Shown: one piece after another, positions 62,515-64,000 of the stretch
Layout of the letters: every line of letters starts with the position of its first letter
Position numbering within the stretch: the first letter of the stretch is position 1
Assembly (NCBI GenBank): GCA_028023455.1
Contig: JAQFVV010000009.1
Location: 10,292,001-10,356,000 of the forward strand
Reading direction: 5' to 3'
DNA: 64,000 bases
Source of the DNA: Epiperipatus broadwayi
Lineage: Eukaryota > Animalia > Onychophora
Position numbers and translations under genes: made by a program
Notes under the pieces: model-generated
The model's database searches: none
The model's input: only the letters and a program-made list of their open reading frames with translations
What the model was told of the DNA's origin: nothing

Positions 62515-64000
62515 GTTGATGAATGAATGTATACATGATAAACTAGAGATCAATCAAATTAACAATGTTTATTTAACAACAAAACAAAAATCAAAACTTT
62601 TAAACATGGTAAAATAATATAATTGTATGTGTCAAGAATGTATTTCTACCATATTAGCAATTAAATGTTTTTACTATTCCAACCTAGCTTGGCACTAATT
62701 ATTTACAAAGTATATAAATTAAAAAAAAGTTTTTTTTATTAAATTGACCATGAAGCTAGCTAACTAATTTATAGTATTATACAAGTATATCCATATTAGC
62801 CTCATTATTCCAATTACAGTCATTACTGTTCTATCTTCTTTGGGGACCCCTCTCTATGTACAATTCCCTAAAGTCCACACAAAAGATTATTCATTTATTT
62901 TGAAAAATATAAAGGGTAAACAATTGTTAATTAACAATAAAAAAATAACACAAACCCTGTCTTGTAGTAGTATATGTGTTTAATATGGAATAGTATCAAA
63001 AAAATCTTCCCTCATTTCATATCAGTGATCAATGATCAAATATCAAGTCACTACTGTAGGAAAGCTGACATAAACTTTATTTAACAGAAAAAAATTATTT
63101 TGTGTAACTTAATAAATGACCCCCATTCACTCTCTTGCTTTCAAGTATAATGGAGTCTTTCAGTTCTAGGCATGTTTAAGCTAGCAAGTATGGAGATAAA
63201 ACAAAACTAGAATTTTTATAAACAAATATAAAAATATATATATAATAAATCAAAACGTTCATTAATTCATCTTGGTTAATGTTCATGAGTATTGCAATAA
63301 TGTCTCTTATGGATACAGTTTATCTCTCTTCGAATCATTCTTCCTCATTAAGTCATTCATCACACACTAAAATTCCTCATCAACATGCTTGAAACAATGT
63401 TGTTTCCATTTTCTGCAGTTGTTTCCCTTCTGAATCCATTTAGACACTTAATGTAGGACATTTGATGTTTCTTTAGGCATTATATAGGCAAGTAGATTAA
63501 ATCTTCATGTGTCTATGGCAGGGGTGTAGCAATCCAGCCCTATGGCAATCTTAATTTAGTTGGAATACATTGTATAGCAGTTCATAATAGATTTACTTCT
63601 TAATTTATTATTTGGCATTTAACGGTTTTTATAAGAAAAAAAGGTACTTCATCATTTATATATATGCTAGCAATGTTTTGCTTCTATTTTCTACATGTTC
63701 AAATAATAGCACAGTTTTTATTTTTAAATTTCAATTTAAAATCAGTTCAGTTCTTTTGTCAAACCATATGCATTTATCAAACTTTTCCCTATTTAAATGT
63801 TGATTATAATTTCTTATAAATTCGCACAATGAAGATTATAGGGATAAACTGGAATGTTCGAACAAATCATCCATTTTTTTTTTTGGGGGGGATTCGAACA
63901 TTTGATCTTTAAAAGTTAATTTTGTACAGTTCTTGTATCATTTGAAGAATAACCTTTAAAAGATCACGGAAATGAACTGGGTTTACTTTTATACCCTGCT
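62131..64000. repeat. LTR-like repeat, right copy (truncated by window end)
   Basis: Colinear with 56496-58320. Confidence 0.8.

Larger units (their letters stand above)
56496..64000 (-). mobile_element. Internally deleted Ty3/Gypsy-like LTR retrotransposon relic (runs off window)
   Basis: Long direct repeats from TGTAACA 56496 and AGTAACA 62131, colinear to the window end (>=1.8 kb); internal minus-strand coiled-coil gag-like ORFs and integrase C-terminus; no RT/RNase H seen. Confidence 0.65.

Noticed and set aside
2899-63803. The many short 60-110 aa ORFs as host genes
   Set aside because: Low-complexity products of AT-rich DNA or TE antisense frames; no recognisable domains or convincing splice context.

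Overview
AT-rich, CpG-depleted eukaryotic (probably invertebrate) genomic DNA. I recognise no host protein-coding exon; the window is a transposon graveyard. It holds an RTE LINE (1-2410), other non-LTR fragments, several Penelope-like element (PLE) relics with RT and/or C-terminal GIY-YIG, a TA-flanked pogo-type MITE, a Tc3-like scar, tRNA-like SINE heads, a tRNA-Gly(TCC) copy and an internally deleted Ty3/Gypsy-like element with very long LTR-like repeats (56.5-64 kb). The main hidden signal is RNA structure. About 13 convincing, and a few weak, type I hammerhead ribozyme (HHR) motifs were found by eye on both strands. They include cores in which the 3:8 tertiary pair covaries (C:G, U:A, A:U), the variant cores each with one extra nucleotide after position 9. 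Some sit in PLE 3' ends. Others sit in two non-coding, terminally redundant units (~470-485 nt and ~200 nt) that look like retrozyme-like circular RNAs or mini-PLEs. At least six insertions share one geometry: an inverted pair with 3' ends pointing outward, a 7-17 bp TSD, and one arm 36-48 nt longer than the other. This suggests PLE machinery mobilises the non-coding ribozyme units. All alignments and folds were done by eye, so boundaries of degenerate elements are approximate and no ribozyme activity is demonstrated.
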